Shown in pieces: positions 60,606 to 64,000 of a DNA stretch of 64,000 nt. Source of the DNA: Octopus vulgaris (Eukaryota); contig OX597814.1 of NCBI GenBank assembly GCA_951406725.2, positions 55,552,001 to 55,616,000 of the forward strand, read 5' to 3'. Position 1 is the first letter of the stretch. Every line of letters starts with the position of its first letter. The position numbers and the translations under genes were made by a program. The notes beneath the pieces were generated by a model. The model saw only the letters and a list, made by a program, of their open reading frames with translations, searched no databases and was not told where the DNA came from.

Positions 60606-61891
60606 CATGAGGGGGTACTCAAATGTAACTGGAAATGTTCTCTGTGAGACAAGCCCAATGTAGTTCAGGCTTTTACCACTTGATGTGACCCTCAGGCCTC
60701 AATCTGCTGACTGGTGGCATCCTGTGGTGCATCTTTATTTTGCAGCACTTCCTCACTATGCATTAATTTTTGCAATGGCTGAAATGAAGGGACAATGTAA
60801 TTCCATGAAATTCTGTTTTCTGCTGCAGAAAACGGTGGCTGAAACAGTTCTCATGCTTCAAACAGCTTGCAAGGACACTGCCATGACCAAAGCACAAGTT
60901 TATGAGGGGTTTTCATATTCTAGGAATGGTCACTTGTCACTTGAAGACCAACCTCATGCAGGATGACCATTGACCTCCCAAACAAATGAAAATTCATGAT
61001 CCTGGAGAACTATCACTGAACAATTGATAAACTTTTTGATATGACTGGTGTGTCCTGGAGTTCCTCCCAATGAATTTTGAGTGAGGAATTGCAAATGAAA
61101 AGAGTTGCAGTGAAATTTGTGCCTCCCTTGCTCACAGAAGATCAAAAGCAGTCACAACTGAATGCATGTCTTGAACTCAAAGAACAGTTGGAAGTTAATC
61201 CGAACCTTTTTTGAAGGTCATCACTGGTGATGAAAGCTGGTGCTACAGCTATGCCCTGGAAACAAAGCAGTAATCAAGTCAATGGAAGCATTCAATGTCA
61301 CTACACCACTAAAAAGTGTGGCAAGTGAAGTCCAATGTCAAGAAAATGCTGATTTGTTTCATTGATGCAAAAGGAATTGTCCACACAGCATTTGTTCCTC
61401 CTGGTCAAACTGTTAATTAGACATTTTACTTGGCAGTTCAGAAGCATTTGTGAAAGACGGTGAGATGAAAATGCCCCAACCAGTGGCAAAATAGAGAGCA
61501 GTGGTTTCATTAAGACCCTGCTCCTTTGCACATTGCCTTGAGTGTGAGACAGTTTTTGACTAAAAATGCCACGAACACACTTACCCAACCCTCCTATTCA
61601 CCCAATCTTGCACCCAGCAATTTCCTTTTGTTCTCCTGAATGAAAAAAGCCCTGAAAGGAAACGTTTTGCAGATGTGAAAGAGGTGAAGAAACAAATGAT
61701 GGAGGCATCACTTCGCATAAAAGGCATCACTTCGCAAGAATTCTGGGACTGCTTCGAACAATGGAAAATGCATAGGACCAATGCATTGCTTCAAATGGAG
61801 AATGCTTTCAAGGCAATAAAACTGTAAATATGTAAAACTAAGTGAGTAAAATAATGTTGAAAAATTCCAGTTTCTTTTGGGTACTCTGGCA
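60606..61891 (+). mobile_element. Mariner DNA transposon (irritans-like), near full length, decayed
   Basis: TIR-like ends gagggggtactcaaatgtaactggaa / ttccagtttcttttgggtactc; MKFCFLLQKTVAETVLMLQTAC, SLEDQPHAG, VITGDESWCY and PPYSPNLAP motifs with many stops. Confidence 0.9.
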
Positions 61892-61924
61892 TTTAAAAAG
61901 CACCATTTGAACATGGTTGTTACT

Positions 61925-62135
61925 AGTCCTGCCTGCCTGGCCTCTGTGCAAGTAGCACATAAAAAGCACCCACTACACTCTCAGAGTGGTTGTTGTTAGG
62001 AAGGGTTTCCAGCTGTAGAAACCTTGCCAGAACAGATTGGAGCCTGGTGCAGCCTCCTGGCTTGCAAGTCCTCAGTAAAACCATCCAACTCATGCCAGCA
62101 TGTAAAGCAAATGTTAAAAGATGATGATGATGATA
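61925..62135 (+). mobile_element. RTE 3'-end-derived short element with (GAT)n tail
   Basis: Reverse complement of about 41673-41870; aaccatccaactcatgccagcatg...gatgatgat. Confidence 0.7.
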
Positions 62136-62173
62136 ATATACGTTATGTGAGTGTGCTTTTGTGTGTGTGTGTG

Positions 62174-62220
<47 letters not shown>

Positions 62221-63819
62221 ATGTGTGTGTGTATGTATATATTTCTATGCACGTGTATTTATAACTATATATATATATATATATATATATTAATGCTGGT
62301 TATTGTGTTGAGTCATAATAAAAACAAATCTATAATAAACTAAAGAACTACTTAATACTTTTTGTAAATATAATTTTTATTATTCTTTTACAAGAATAGT
62401 GTTGGCAATGATTTCAAAGTTTCATCCTTCACAGTCTTTATCAGACTAGGCAGGGACATCTCTTTTTATCATGAGCATTATACTATAATAATGAGCTTAG
62501 CTCTTCATAACAAGCATGATAAACTCCGGCTTATAGTGAACTATTACACCTGCCTCTTTACTTTTCATCAACCATTTGCAGTCTCTCTCTTCTCAAACAT
62601 TCATCAATAACATCAACAAAATGTAGTTGTTCATTCTGCAAACTGATGAGCCATGAAACTTCCTTTCCTTCAATTTGCTCCTATATTATACCATAAATTT
62701 TCATACTTCAATTTATTCAAATCATATTTGTCCTCATACTTTTCCGCTTTAAAATGATGCAATATATTACAAATGTGTCACACTACATACTACAAACAAC
62801 GCAAATATTCAACTCATTAGCAGAAGACTATGTAATAACTTGGTCACTCAAGTTCAGGATTCATGTCAGAATTGTTGCAACTTTTAATCACAAATTGTAG
62901 TCATGATTGGCAAGTAGGGTCTTTATTGGTAACACAATACAACACATTTATCAGACATTTAGTAACTATCAGTTATGAAAGTAAAACCTAAAATAGATCT
63001 CACTCTCTTTCTCCTCCTAGTTTTCTCACTTACACAAGTGCAAAGAGAAATGATATGGTAAACTTGGTGATGATATTAAAAAGAAACTGAAATTTAATAT
63101 GAGAAACATAATTATTAGGTTCTTTTAGTCTATATTGCAAGGAAAGTAATTTCCTTTCAGAATGAAAATACACTGTATTAGAAATATAGGAAAGAAGCTT
63201 TAGAAGAGCTCAGGGGAACTTTCAATGATCAAAACAAAATGAAGAGAAGATATGAAATTAGAGAAGGTAAGAAGATAGCTGAGAACAAATAATAACTAAT
63301 AGCATTGGTAGGTTTCAGATTGATCATAGAAATAGTGATAAAATTTATTTACGATGGGTTAAAATACTGAGGTCCATGAAAAGAAATATTTTATATAGAA
63401 TCATGAAAATAATAGACCCAGCTTCTATTACAAGATAATGTTTATTTAACAATGGTTTCTCATTTCACAGCAATTAAATGAAGTTTTAAAAACTAGTAGT
63501 AATAAAGGTTGCTTTGATATAAGGGAAGTTTTTAAAATAATAAAATGGTATTTAATAACATTGTCATTAATATTTTTACTTATTTTGTTGACCTCATGTG
63601 ACTGAAAGGAAAACCTTACAAAGGAAACTTGACAAAAAGCTTTTTGTGCAGCACACCTTCCATGTGCACCAAAGTAAGTACCAAACTGGCAGTAGAAATA
63701 AAAAATAGAAATACACACACCAGAAACATGCATAAAGAAAAGAGAAGGGAAGACAGAATGAAGTTAAAGAGATTGTGAAATAAGTACAGTGACGCAAAGA
63801 GAATGAGAGAGAGAGAGTT

Positions 63820-63854
<35 letters not shown>

Positions 63855-64000
63855 TAGTAAGTGAGACAAAGATAGAGAAAGATAGAAAATAAGCAACAAA
63901 GTGCAAAAAGGAGATGTCTTCATTTCTTTGATGTCTAAATTACTTTTTACTACAGCTAACCATTATTTTATTTTGAAATACTTTCCTCTCTCTCTCTCTC

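Noticed and set aside
62641-62670. CTGATGA-gccat-GAAAC hammerhead-like core
   Set aside because: No room for stem II and no convincing stems I or III; a similar chance match occurs near 34177.

Overview
AT-rich eukaryotic (animal) genomic DNA. The SINE, RTE-LINE, mariner and microsatellite content looks like a coleoid cephalopod (Octopus-like; inferred, not proven). The window lies inside one large minus-strand gene, a Slo2/KCNT (Slack/Slick-type) potassium channel. I traced 22 GT-AG coding exons (51324 down to 4764; 2758 nt, about 919 codons, phases consistent) from the S1-S2 loop through the TVGYGD pore, RCK1 and RCK2. The 5' exons and the last C-terminal exons were not found and probably lie outside the window. 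The introns hold two decayed near-full-length mariners, mariner and hAT MITEs, RTE LINE pieces, tRNA-derived SINEs and long hairpins. Two observations stand out. (1) Two divergent ORF1-like retroelements (one complete, with a zinc knuckle and no RT; one 3'-truncated) are inserted in tandem at the same 19-bp site in a mariner 5' UTR, and the empty site is visible in another mariner copy in the window. This suggests a transposon-targeting, non-autonomous Tx1-like family. (2) A well-formed Penelope-type hammerhead ribozyme lies sense to the channel pre-mRNA.
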